Source: Toensbergia leucococca (taxonomy: Eukaryota). From it: 38,014 bases of DNA. Below, one piece after another: positions 1 through 10,693 of this stretch. Numbering within the stretch: the stretch's first letter is position 1; every line of letters starts with the position of its first letter. Position numbers and translations under genes: made by a program. The stretch lies in the NCBI GenBank assembly GCA_022813965.1, contig JALDZS010000001.1, positions 496,001-534,014 of the forward strand, given 5' to 3'. Under the pieces are notes generated by a model, which saw nothing but the letters and a program-made list of their open reading frames with translations, did not search any database and was not told where the DNA came from.

Positions 1-59
1 AAGGTCTTTCACAGAAGCCCGGATTTCCACCCGTAAGAGATTTTCTGTCCGTTTGAAGT

Positions 60-967
60 CAAGGTGCACAAGTGATGGAAAGGACTTGGTTCTGTAAGTT
101 AACATTGGCATGGCTCGACAGCGCTTTTCAAGGACCTTGTATCTCAAGAGGACTGCAAGTTTGGCTCTCGACATCTAGGGTTGATTCATGTTGGTAGCGC
201 ATGACTCTTAGTGGTTACAGATGCAATCACATTGCCGGTCCCTGCCGCCTCACCGATGAAGTGGGTTCAGAGGTTTCGGTATTCATGCTATCAGTACTGC
301 CAGGGATTGGACGTGCCTCACCGCTAGATTACGCAGGTACGACTATCTTACTGTGTGAGTGTAGTGAGATGAGCGAGGCCCGCACATAGCCAACAAGCGT
401 CCACTATCTGTTTACACTTACGCAACCCCTAAAAACTCCACTCAATTCTCCCAAGAATAAAGAAAAGCGAAAGACAGCTTACCGAGAGGACTTGAAATCT
501 GTGAATACTCTAGAATGCTAGGAGAGTATACTTGCATTTGTTTTTCTCAAATTAAACAATGACATCCGAAGATGTGGTCAGGAAAACACTCAAAGCGTCC
601 CTGTGACCTGTATTTTCTAAGTCAAGAAAACAAGGTTCCCTGATAGTGTGAGGAAGCAAACCCTTACGCAGGCGTCGAGGAACCTACGAGCTCGCACTAC
701 ATGATCTGTTACCAGCATGATAGACGGTGTTGTATACAGTGGTCTAGTAGTGAAAACCATAAAATTATACAACAAAAGCTGTCCCAAGGAGGTGACCGAC
801 GTCTGAGCCATGGGGACTCTAGCAAAAAAGGCTAGCAAGCTTACCGACTTATGCAATACTTTTTCTCGGTCTGTAAACCTTAGTATTAATGCTCGGTAGG
901 CCTGATGATCACGATATATGGGCAAGGTTGGGAGAGAAGACAGACTTGAAGCTACCTGTAAGGTAGC
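60..967 (+). promoter_or_regulatory. Putative zinc-responsive elements (Zap1/ZafA-type) upstream of the ZIP transporter pseudogene
   Basis: CAAGGT cores at 60-65, 134-139 (reverse), 631-636 and 923-928. The palindrome GCTACCT-gta-AGGTAGC at 951-967 contains ACCTGTAAGGT, a 10/11 match to the yeast ZRE ACCTTNAAGGT. Confidence 0.55.
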
Positions 968-1179
968 ACTCTGAAAGGTCAACAGCAAATGTAGGAAATC
1001 TGTGTGTCCGAGTTCTTACCGCCTTACTGTGAAATCACTCCAATCCAGAATCTGTGTATCAATTTGCCGTATTTTCCAGCTTACCGTTCTTAAACAAAAT
1101 ATCCACCTCGTCTCCAATCAAATATCTTTTGAGAGAACTCCTTCTCAAAACAATCTCAAGCACAAATCAAAAGTCCAGA

Positions 1180-2146
1180 ATGAATCCTTGCTACGGCTGC
1201 AGTGACGAATGCTTCAGCGAATTCGGAAGCTAAGCAGTCCGCTCTACGATTTTCTCTTTGCTCGATAATTGTGGTGTAGGCGTCCTCATTGCCACTTCTT
1301 TCATCCATTTATTTGATCTAGCTTATCACTAAATTAGTCCGCAAACATGTGTTGGAATGACTGGCCACTGGGCCAACTATTCTTAGTGTCCTGCAACTGT
1401 GCTAATATCTGTCATCGTCATCTTCCTTCTTGACCTTGGAGCTCAGCAATACGTTAAGGCGAAACACGGTGAGCAACAGGAGCCGAATATTCAACAAGCC
1501 GTAAATGGTCAGCTCGAGCGTCATTCCAGCCATGGCCAAGTCCACCTCAAATCAGCCCGTGACAATGCATCTATCGAAAAGGCTTTTGAAAAGAATTTCA
1601 CCCCAGTGGGATATATGAGTGCGGAAGACGACGGAGTGGATTCCGTATTTGAAGATCGATCTTTCAAACAATAAATTGTCACTTTCCTCATTCTCGAATT
1701 CGGTGTTATCTTCCATTCCCTTGTTATTGGCCTCAATTTAGGCATTGTAGGCAAGAGTTCAATACCTCGTACCCCGTGATTGTCTTTCACCAGACTTTTG
1801 AAGAAACTCGGTGTAGGGCTAGAATGTCTGCCATCACATTCAAACGGGGTGGCTAGCCACCATGGATGCTCTGTCTTGGCAACGGCCTCACGACACCCGT
1901 TGGTATCTGCGTCGTCGTCGGATTACGTACGATCTATAAACCCTGGTCGTTTACAGCCAACGTCATTTCTGATGTCTTAGATTCGATATCGACGGGGATT
2001 CTCACATACACTGTGCTGGTGGAGCTTTTGGCGCGGGACTTCATGTTCAATTCATTGAGGACCAAAGAACATGGGCGGCTATCTTGATGGTTTTTCTTGT
2101 TGTAGTCGGTGTAGGCATAGTGGCTTTACCTGGTAAGTGGGCATGA
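1180..2146 (+). pseudogene. ZRT1: ZIP-family zinc transporter (Zrt1/ZrfB-like) pseudogene
   Basis: Stitched translation gives LFAR*..GVGVLIATSFIHLFDLAYH*ISPQTCVGMTGHWANYS*CPA, SFKQ*IVTFLILEFGVIFHSLVIGLNLG, VFHQTFE, GLTTPVGI, ELLARDFMF and terminal GKWA* (TGA 2144-2146). In-frame stops at 1266, 1330, 1384, 1672 and 1854, plus several frameshifts. The N-terminal TM1 appears lost. Confidence 0.92.
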
Positions 2147-2311
2147 GTGAAAATTGAGGCTGAGAAAAAAGACTAAGATTGATGTCGAATGTGAGCCAAT
2201 TACGGGAGATAAGTGACTAGAGGAGCATTTCTTGATGTCAAAACAATCCTGAGGATTCGGACAAGATCGTCACTCTTATCCATTACTTGGAGTGAGTGGA
2301 GTCATCTATTT

Positions 2312-2528
2312 GGTTCACCCCCAACCGGCCAAACCCCTCAACCGGCCACCGTGCTGGGGTTCATAAGTTCATATTAGGTTCGATTTACAATGGCGCTGAT
2401 ACAATGGTGTAGTGGGTTGTGTTCTCTGCCTGGGCTGACCCGCAAATTTTCACTTAAGCGGCGCTAGACCGTAAAAGAGATAGATTTCTGACCTAGCCGT
2501 ATAAGGCTGGCCGGTTGGGGGGTGAACC
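2312..2528. mobile_element. MITE-like non-autonomous element with terminal inverted repeats
   Basis: GGTTCACCCCCAACCGGCCA (2312-2331) is inverted at 2508-2528 (TGGCCGGTTGGGGGGTGAACC, one extra G). Internal direct repeat CAACCGGCCA at 2322 and 2339. No ORF and no clear target-site duplication. Confidence 0.65.
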
Positions 2529-2793
2529 CTTTTAAATTAGAGCGGCTTGACGTCACTACCTTATTTAGAAACCCCTCTGTTACACAACAATCATCTTAAA
2601 CCCTTAGAATATTGATTCAGGCACGTGAAAATATGGACTCCCCCGATTTATTCGCTACCCTCTCTTGCGACAGTCTGCTACAAATCCATGTCAACGCTCT
2701 GAAATTTGGTCACCCTTCCGGCACTTTTTCAGAGGCATACCAACAACTGAGATATAACATAAGATCCTACCGGGAAACTGATTTCTCGAAAGG

Positions 2794-3351
2794 ATGGTAG
2801 ACAAGATCATTCTACGGCCACCCTTTTGCACCAGCAATGCTGACGATTTCACTCCCCCAATCACTGATTGGCTTTCTGGATCGTGGGATATAACCCATTC
2901 AACGCTGCCCATGTGGAAATCCAAACGCAATGTCACTATAACGTACAAGTGCCTCGAGCCTGTGGCAGGCGGCACCATTCAGGGGACAGACAGGCTGGAC
3001 TCGGTCGTTTCGTATCAGCCCATCACATCAGATAAAATAAAGACAGTACATGGGATTGAGAAGGCAAGCGGTAAAGATGCATGTGCTTGGGACTGGAGAG
3101 GAAAAGGCTGGCTTGTCGTAGCTTCTTCACACTGGGAAATCCTGGGCCATGGAAATCAAGGACGAGGGGAGTGGCTTGTTACCTTTTTCGCAAAGACGCT
3201 ATTCACACCGGCTGGTATTGATATATACTCAAGGTCTGGGAATGGTTTGTCCGGAGATACTGTGAGAGGTATCAAGGAAGCTTTGAGCAAAAGTGAGAAT
3301 CCAACTGTACAGCATTTGGCTTCGGAGATTTTCGACGTCAAAAGAGATTGA
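2794..3351 (+). CDS. Conserved fungal lipocalin/calycin-like protein (185 aa)
   Basis: Intronless ORF with WLSGSWDITHSTLPMWKSKRNVTITY, WDWRGKGWL, SSHWEILG and FAKTLFTPAGIDIYSR, which I recognise as a conserved fungal family. The N-terminal GxW resembles lipocalin SCR1. Confidence 0.8.
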   Translation: MVDKIILRPPFCTSNADDFTPPITDWLSGSWDITHSTLPMWKSKRNVTITYKCLEPVAGGTIQGTDRLDSVVSYQPITSDKIKTVHGIEKASGKDACAWDWRGKGWLVVASSHWEILGHGNQGRGEWLVTFFAKTLFTPAGIDIYSRSGNGLSGDTVRGIKEALSKSENPTVQHLASEIFDVKRD

Positions 3352-5083
3352 ATACACCCAATAGGAGAGACCGCTAAGCTACGGAAAATACTACCTTCCT
3401 AGAAATAGTTCTTAGAACATTTTCGGGCGCGGCAAGGTTTGTCCATATCACGCAATACTCGTCAAGCGTTTCTCTATCGGCTATGGGACGCCAAAGCCGC
3501 TCAGGACTGAACAGCTAAACTTTAGTATCTATGAGCGGGGCTACGTATGGCAGATCAGCCGTTGACGGATACGGTCATGTTAAGTCCGGCTATTGCATAT
3601 CGTGAATCAATTTGCAAGGGCTGGTCTGAAATCACCTCTTACTGTACCTGACCCACTCACGGTACCAATTTCGGGTAGTTTCAGTCGCTTCAGTCGCCAT
3701 CCGCGTCTAGGTAGCGACGTCCACTGCGTCAAAAGCAACGGTCAAGTCAACGAACCCTCGTTCAATATTGTCATTTTGCTGGACTGCTCCCATTAATGCC
3801 ACTCAACGCAGCTCCGTGATCGATGGCTTTTTTACTGTCTCTGCTGAGCTAAGCGCATCAGAAGTTTGCACCTTGGTTGCTCAAAATACTACCGTGCTGT
3901 CAAGTCTGTCTCTATTCAATGTTTCAATCGAAAGGATTATTTCGGCCTCCGGTGGGTCTTGAAGTCGAAGCCCTTATGAACATTGATTACTAGGCCTAAT
4001 TTCAATAAGCCTGGCGATAATCGACTGGACTCACAAATCAGACTCTCGGATAGGCCTTCAATCTATAATCGGTACCTTTCAAATCAATGCAAAGTGAAAC
4101 CCGCGGTTCGTGATTGAAGATTGCATCGCAAAGGTCAGATATAATTGAACACTGTGACCAGATATCATATCTCGATAATTGTTTCCAAGATGCGATCTCC
4201 TATAGAGCATGACATTAGTATGGGCATATTTCGCTTATTTGATTCACAATTGACGTGGATACGGTGGTTTATTCATAAACAAAGATAATTTCTATAGCGG
4301 CTATCTCTGATAGTGTGCCCGGCCAGGTTGAGCAGAGGAAGACAGGATCTCTTGCACGAGTGATGATCCTTTGATAATCAATCTGAGACAGCATGATATA
4401 CTTGGATCTAAAGAAGTATATTCCTTTTTCCAGCGAAAATGGGCGATAAGAAATGCCACACAAAAACGGTGGTAATGCCCCCGGTAACTACACATGGTAG
4501 TAGTGCAGAGTCGCGAGTATTGCGGCTTTTAAATTGGCACGGACGTGAAAATGTATGTCTTCTCAGTCCTCGGAAAATGGCCACAGCCTTTACTCAATAG
4601 GTAGAACAGTAACTGGGATTTGGCATTGGGTCGAGTGGGTCGCAGGTGGCAGCTCGCAAGATGGGCGATGGAACGTCAGATGGCGATAGCACGAAGATTA
4701 GCACACGAGGGACAGGCTGGGAACGGGCTGATACATGGATGACTGCGGTAACTCGCAAGAATGGACCAGTCATTGGACAGGTGGACAGGTGTGATTAGAA
4801 TAAGGTAAAGTTGGACTGTCGATTCCTACCAGCCCTCTAACTGTAAATGGCTAGCAATGCGGACTGACAGCCTGATTCGTGGGCTTGAACAGCAAAATGG
4901 AGCGATTATTGCTTCACCTTCGTCGTTCACTGCTTTTGCAAACAAGCAAAGGTATTAAAGCACCTCTTCCCTCCCTTCCAAATGTGCACCCTCTCAACCT
5001 TGATTCCCAACCCAATTTGTCTTCATCCTCCTTAGAGAACAGAGACTGCCCACCATTACAATTCATCATTACGCATCTTTACC

Positions 5084-7096
5084 ATGTCTCCAGCCAAGGT
5101 AAAGAACGAGCTGAGAATCCTGACCCCCATTGGCATGATTGGCTATGGTTTCAGTGAGGACCTGTTCTGGACAGCTATGGAAGAAGGCGTAGACGCCATA
5201 ATCGCCGACTGCGGATCCACAGACAGCGGTCCACAGAAACTTGCCCTTGGTTCCATGACAGTAACATTGGAAGCATACGTGAAAGATCTTGCTGTTCTCG
5301 TCGCTGCTGCACACAAGTACAAGGTTCCTATTCTTCTTGGCTCAGCCGGCGGCGATGGCGCCAATTCTCATGTAGATATGTTTGTTGAGATCATTGCCGG
5401 TATTATCAAGAAGAGGAGCTATCGACCTATGAAAATAATCAGCATTTATGCCGAGATTGAGAAAGACCTGATTCGAACCAAGCATAAAGCTGGACTGATC
5501 AGTGGATGCGGATCTGCTGTCCCCATCCTCAACGACGCCGATATTGATGACGCAACACGAGTCGTCGCTCAAATGGGCCTCGAGCCATACCTCAAGGCAA
5601 TGGAGGAGAATCCTGACTTTGACATCATTGTAGGCGGCAGGGCGTTTGATCCCGCCCCGTACGCGGCCTTCTGCGTCTACAATGGTTTTCCCGACCTTGG
5701 AATTGCTTACCACATGGGCAAGATCATGGAATGCGGTGCCCTATGCGCCAAGCCGAAATGCAGAGAAGCTCTGGCTGTTGTACGGCATGATAGCTTCGAC
5801 CTTGCGCCTCTGAATCCAATTGCTCTGTGTACTGTAAATTCCGTTGCCGCTCACTCACTCTATGAGAAAACTCGTCCCGATATTTTACTTGGTCCTGGCG
5901 GCGCTTTACATCTGGAAAAAGCTACGTACGAGCAACTACCGGATCGTCGTACGGTACGTGTCCGTGGAGCTGTTTTCAAGCCCGTCGAAGAAGGCCAGTA
6001 TACGATTAAGATGGAGGGAGCTCGAGTCGGTGGCTTTCGGTCCGTCTTTATCGGCGGCATTCGTGATCCTATCTTGATCGCCCAGATTGATAAGTTTATC
6101 CCGGCTATCAAGGCTTACGTCAAAGGAAACATTAAGCACGAGTACGATCTGAACGTACATATATACGGTAAAAACGCCATCATGGGGCCACTTGAACCCG
6201 ATAATTCAAGTAACCCAAAGGAGATTTGTATCTGCGCAGAGGCACAGGCGAGCACTCAAGAACAAGCAACCAATGTCGTCAGCCTTGCACGAATTGCCAT
6301 TGTACACGGACCTTATCCTCATCAACTCGCTACGGCCGGTAACTTCGCCATGCCTTTTGCTCCGTATGATATACCATTAGGTAGACTTTGCGAGTTTTGT
6401 ATTTACCACCTCATGGTCGTCGAGGATCCCACCGCAAACTTCCCCATACACGTCCAAGTTCTCCAGCCAAGCGAAAAGAACGCACAGAATGATTATGATG
6501 AAGCCGAGGTAACCAAAGAGACGTTGAGAACCCTGTCGCGGAAGCCGGAGAACGGAGATGCAGGCAGCGAAGATCAGAACGGATCCACACCCACTATGAA
6601 TGGGAATGGTACAGCTCCAGCACCGGCCAACAAACCAATCGTCACTCCGGCGACCAAGGACGCAGCCTTCAACGAACAGCTCCAACACTCGTCCCGGGCG
6701 AGCGACTCAATGATCAAAGAACGACTCGAACGATCCGCCTTCCTCACACCCGCCCCACCAGCAGATAAATGCTACCTCGGCGACCTAGCGTCCGTGATCC
6801 GAAGCAAGAACGCCGGGCCCTACGAACTGACCTTTGACGTCATGTTCGACGATGACGAAACCTACGAACTCGTCAAAGCCGCCGGGGTGCTGTCGAGAGA
6901 GACGATCTCGCGCTTGTATCAGGTTCCAGATGAGGAGGTCATTGCGTGTCTTTTTTGGGATCCGGCGCGCGCGTTCAAGGCGACTATCAAGCGGCCGTTT
7001 GTGGAGGGCCAGTTTGGGGAGGCGGATATTCATGGCTCGCAGCAGCATGTTCCGTTGATCTTTTTGCTGTTGCCTATTCCGCGGCCGTCGATGTAG
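5084..7096 (+). CDS. AtuA-like (DUF1446) plus C-terminal DUF4387 fusion protein (670 aa)
   Basis: N-terminal domain has ILTPIGMIGYGF, DCGSTDSGP, GSAGGDG, GGRAFDP, HMGKIMECGA and VAAHSLYEK. A low-complexity linker spans about aa 460-560. The C-terminal domain has LGDLASVIRSKNAGPYELTFDVMF, AFKATIKRP and DIHGSQQHVPL. No introns. Confidence 0.88.
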   Translation: MSPAKVKNELRILTPIGMIGYGFSEDLFWTAMEEGVDAIIADCGSTDSGPQKLALGSMTVTLEAYVKDLAVLVAAAHKYKVPILLGSAGGDGANSHVDMFVEIIAGIIKKRSYRPMKIISIYAEIEKDLIRTKHKAGLISGCGSAVPILNDADIDDATRVVAQMGLEPYLKAMEENPDFDIIVGGRAFDPAPYAAFCVYNGFPDLGIAYHMGKIMECGALCAKPKCREALAVVRHDSFDLAPLNPIALCTVNSVAAHSLYEKTRPDILLGPGGALHLEKATYEQLPDRRTVRVRGAVFKPVEEGQYTIKMEGARVGGFRSVFIGGIRDPILIAQIDKFIPAIKAYVKGNIKHEYDLNVHIYGKNAIMGPLEPDNSSNPKEICICAEAQASTQEQATNVVSLARIAIVHGPYPHQLATAGNFAMPFAPYDIPLGRLCEFCIYHLMVVEDPTANFPIHVQVLQPSEKNAQNDYDEAEVTKETLRTLSRKPENGDAGSEDQNGSTPTMNGNGTAPAPANKPIVTPATKDAAFNEQLQHSSRASDSMIKERLERSAFLTPAPPADKCYLGDLASVIRSKNAGPYELTFDVMFDDDETYELVKAAGVLSRETISRLYQVPDEEVIACLFWDPARAFKATIKRPFVEGQFGEADIHGSQQHVPLIFLLLPIPRPSM

Positions 7097-7313
7097 TATG
7101 TTTTTTTTTTGAAAATTTCAAGCGTTGTTTTTTAATTCCGAAAAAATCTGATGTTGGAGGACTTGTTCCTCTGCATTTATTTGTTTTTTGTTGTTTTGCT
7201 GTAGAAGTCTGGCACGAAGCGGCAGGTTTCATGTTACGGATATTAGGCTTTTTCGAGTATGGTTTTTTTTTGTGTCGGAGGGTAGACTCTTTGCTCTCTA
7301 TTTGAGGAGGACG

Positions 7314-8347
7314 ATTGGACTTTTTTTTGTTTTTCCTGGAGTTTATATGTTAATTAATTTCAATGAGATGGATGTTTCACAAATTTTCAATGACTTATGC
7401 AATAATGACCACCTTTTTTTTTATGAACTGTTCATAGAAAGATCCCTATCTGATTTCACAAAAAGAAACCCTGTCACTCACACAAGACAAAGTCTTTTTC
7501 AAAAAAAAAATTTGAAACCTGTTTTTCTGTGAGATTTGAAGGTCAGGTTTAAGATCTTATCTATGAGCTGCTGAGGCAATATATCTTGCTCTACCTACTT
7601 ATTCAAAAAAGTGCATAAATCTCTCTCTCTCTACTTTTTTTTTAACTTCTAGAGTTCTTTAAGGTGAGGAAATAAAAGAAAGGGGTTTGTCATTTTAATT
7701 ATTTATGTAAGAAAGCTTATTCAGATTTTTATTCTACACATAGAAATTGAATAAATGTGCTTAAGATGTGTAGATTTTAGCTTTGCTGATAATTATTCTC
7801 TGCTGATATACTTGTCTGTTCATGATTGAAATTATGAGTTTTTGAGATGTATGTTTATAATGATTGAGTACAATTATAAGTCAAAGAAGTAATAGTTTAT
7901 AGTAGATAGAAAGTAATTTTGTTACAAAATACTCACTGAATCATTACATTAAATGAGAAATGAATTTTATAATAAGTCTGAATGTAATGACCTAGTGAGT
8001 AATCCTTGACGTAATTAAAGTCTTTAAGAAATAAGTTATTCAATTCAATTCAATAAACAGGTTAGAAACAAAGTGACTTATTGAGGTGCTTAAACACAGG
8101 TTTTTAAGTTTCTTATCCTTGACAGTAGAGCTGCATATCTGTGAACATACAGTACGCATTATCTCTTTAAGCAAATCAAAAACAGTCACTGTGAAATTAA
8201 AAATTTATTACAGTTTAAAAAAAGTTAAAGGGGAAAATTGAGTCCCTATTATTTATGACTCACATAGTCATCAATTACATTAACATCTTCTCAGCCAGCT
8301 CATATGTTTTGTTGCAAGGCTAGGATTTCATATCATGTCATATGAAT
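7314..8347. other. AT-rich, CpG-depleted island (probable methylation- or RIP-decayed repeat relic)
   Basis: No CpG from 7314 to 8009 and only two up to 8347. Contains homopolymer runs and (CT)6 at 7621. No credible ORF. Confidence 0.6.
7930..8001. repeat. Inverted repeat/hairpin with 21-bp arms and a 30-nt loop
   Basis: TACTCACTGAATCATTACATT (7930-7950) versus AATGTAATGACCTAGTGAGTA (7981-8001): 18/21 complementary. Confidence 0.75.
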
Positions 8348-8546
8348 CGAACTGATTTGATTCACGTAACAATTTGATTTCAAAAAAAAAAATTAGAAAA
8401 AACGTGTATGAAGTCAGTCTGAGGGCAATTCAAGTGCCAAAGCATGTTATATTAGTTCACGCCAGCGTAATTCAATTGCCTAATGGATGAACGGAGATCC
8501 TTCAACGATTAAGGTAGATAGTCAATGCCGCCCCACCCTCCATCAC

Positions 8547-9587
8547 TTATCCCGAATTCGGCGCAGGCCCCTCCACATAATAAATCTCACTAGCACACCT
8601 CCCCAGCCCCGCCACCTTGTTCGGATATACCTGCGGATTAGCATACAGCACATCACTTTGCAAGCCATCGGGGCAGTCATGCAAATAGCTGAACTCAGCG
8701 CTCTCATAAACGCTGCAGGCGACGCTGGGGTCAAGGGTGGGGTCAAACATCCAGATGATGGCGTTGCGATAGAAAGGATTAGCGTAGGCCTGATTGCAGC
8801 AGGCGTCGGCTGAGGTGACGTTTGGAATGAATTCCATGAAGGGGGCGGGGCCGTTGCCGCCTTCGTTCGCATAGACGCCAGGGAAGGCTGTGGCAGCTGG
8901 GGTGCAGAGATTGATGGCTGGGGAGAAGGTGGTGGTTGTTGTGGAGGTTGTTTGCTGGGATGGGTGATGGGGTTAGCGGATGCTTAGGCAGGGTTGTCAG
9001 AGAGGATGGGGTAGGGTAATTGAGAGGCTGGTGCTGCGAGAGATATTTTGTATATGTTGAGAGGGAAGAGGGAACGGATTTGCTGGCAGAGGATGGAGAT
9101 GGGAAGGCGCGTACAGTTACGGTTCCGTAAGGGCCTAGATAGGCGGTTGAGGTACGGCTCGCCTGTGGGATGAAACAGGAACAAGCACTGGAGACTCGTG
9201 AGGTGGCAACTCCGGAGAGATAGGTTGGCAGTGGGGTGGATGAAAAGGTAAGTGAGCCTGAGTAGCTGATGTAGAAGATTGTTTCCGTGTAAGGAATTCT
9301 AGCGAGTGAGGTCGATTGTCAGACCATTTTCAGCTTCATGACAAGAATATGGCTTACATCGATGGAGTCCTTGTTCCGACTGGTTCCACGGTGGTGGTGA
9401 TGGGAATGTTGGCGTAAGTTTGACAAAAAGGGCTGGCTTGTTGGGCATTTTGACTCAATGCTCGTAGAACATTGTCATGATTGCAGGCTGCTCTCTTCTC
9501 TGCTGCAACAGAAGCTGATACAATACCAAGAGTGCTGAAGGACAGCGTAGAAATCAGGGCAGCGGGTAAGATGAAGGATGGATGCAT
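8547..9587 (-). CDS. Secreted Cys- and Thr-rich protein, 3 exons (9587-9358, 9298-9115, 8954-8547), 273 aa
   Basis: Signal peptide MHPSFILPAALISTLSFSTLGIVSA, a Kex2-like KR site, and motifs CNHDNVLRA...ASPFC and SRVSSACSC typical of fungal secreted proteins. Both introns are GT..AG with CTGAC/GCTAAC branch sites, and splicing keeps the frame open. Confidence 0.82.
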
Positions 9588-10693
9588 TGTAGGTACAGCA
9601 CGAGTTCGAGCAATGAGTGAAAGGAAGGAAAGAAAGGTATAGCAGGTAAAGAGCATCTTCGAGCCTTGGCCGTTGCCTTTGCATTTAACCCAAATCTTTG
9701 AATCCATCAGTGCAACTTACGGCTTGAAACGAACGGCACGTATCGGGAATTACGACATGGAAAAGCCCGCAAGAGCTTGTTCCACAGGCTTGATGAGAGT
9801 AGAAGGATCAAATGGAAGGGATCTGACCCCGTGACCCATAGTCTGTGCAAAGCCTCGTCCAAAAGCAGAAAAGTCAAGCGAATAGCAAGATCCATACACC
9901 AATCACTGAATGCTGTGGCTGATAAACACTATTGACGGGAGCGATACGAAGCGCCACAGGCCACGTGCCATCGAATAGATTAAATAGAGGCTTGCAATAT
10001 CCCGACACCGCATTTCGATAATCCCACACCCCTGGGGAGTTGACTTGAAATGTGGTGCAAAATCATGATGTTTCTCTGTGCGCCCGTGGGTTCTGTTGCC
10101 TGATTGGGCAGTGGTAGGGGGGGTGTCGGAATATCGAAATGGGGGTGTGGGATTATCGCAATGGGGTGTCGGAATAATGGAACCCTTTATATTTAGCAAA
10201 AGGATTGATTGGGCGACTGTGAGATTTGAAGATTGGTACTCGTAATCTGAGGAGACTGGTGCGTTGAAACCTGAGTTATAATAAATGTCGAGTTGATTGT
10301 TGATAGTCAGCGTCACTAACTAGCATGAGAACTCAGCTCTTGATCTAGTGAACGCTCGTGCTTTTTGAGGTAAGGGAAGAGATGCCGTTGAAAGATTGTA
10401 ATGATCTGATTCGCAAGCTAAGCTAGCCAAAAGACGATTTATGCCGAAGAATTAGAGTCATGGTGAAAAATGATGTGGAGTCCGAACTAAATGGAAGATC
10501 TGATAGTAGCCATCACATAGCCTTCTTACGAGATCAGTTTACCGACCTTCAGGAGTATTTTTGCTATAAGCTGCTTCAAAGGTAAGTAATCACAGAGTCC
10601 GGGTAAGAAAACGCTGTCCAATTTTGCACACTGCTGGATGTTATAACCGGTTAAATGGTATCGAGGTACTGCAATATCTTCGGAAACGTATCA

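Noticed and set aside
2612..2800. Short ORF overlapping the start of the lipocalin-like gene
   Set aside because: No recognisable motifs or splice link. It could be a uORF, but nothing supports that.
10324..10362. TGAGA...CTTGATCTAG resembling part of a TPP riboswitch
   Set aside because: It lacks the GATAATACCAGCG-type segment and P1-P3 pairing and is not within a thiamine gene. I also saw no aptamer in ECM15 introns or upstream of NCS1.
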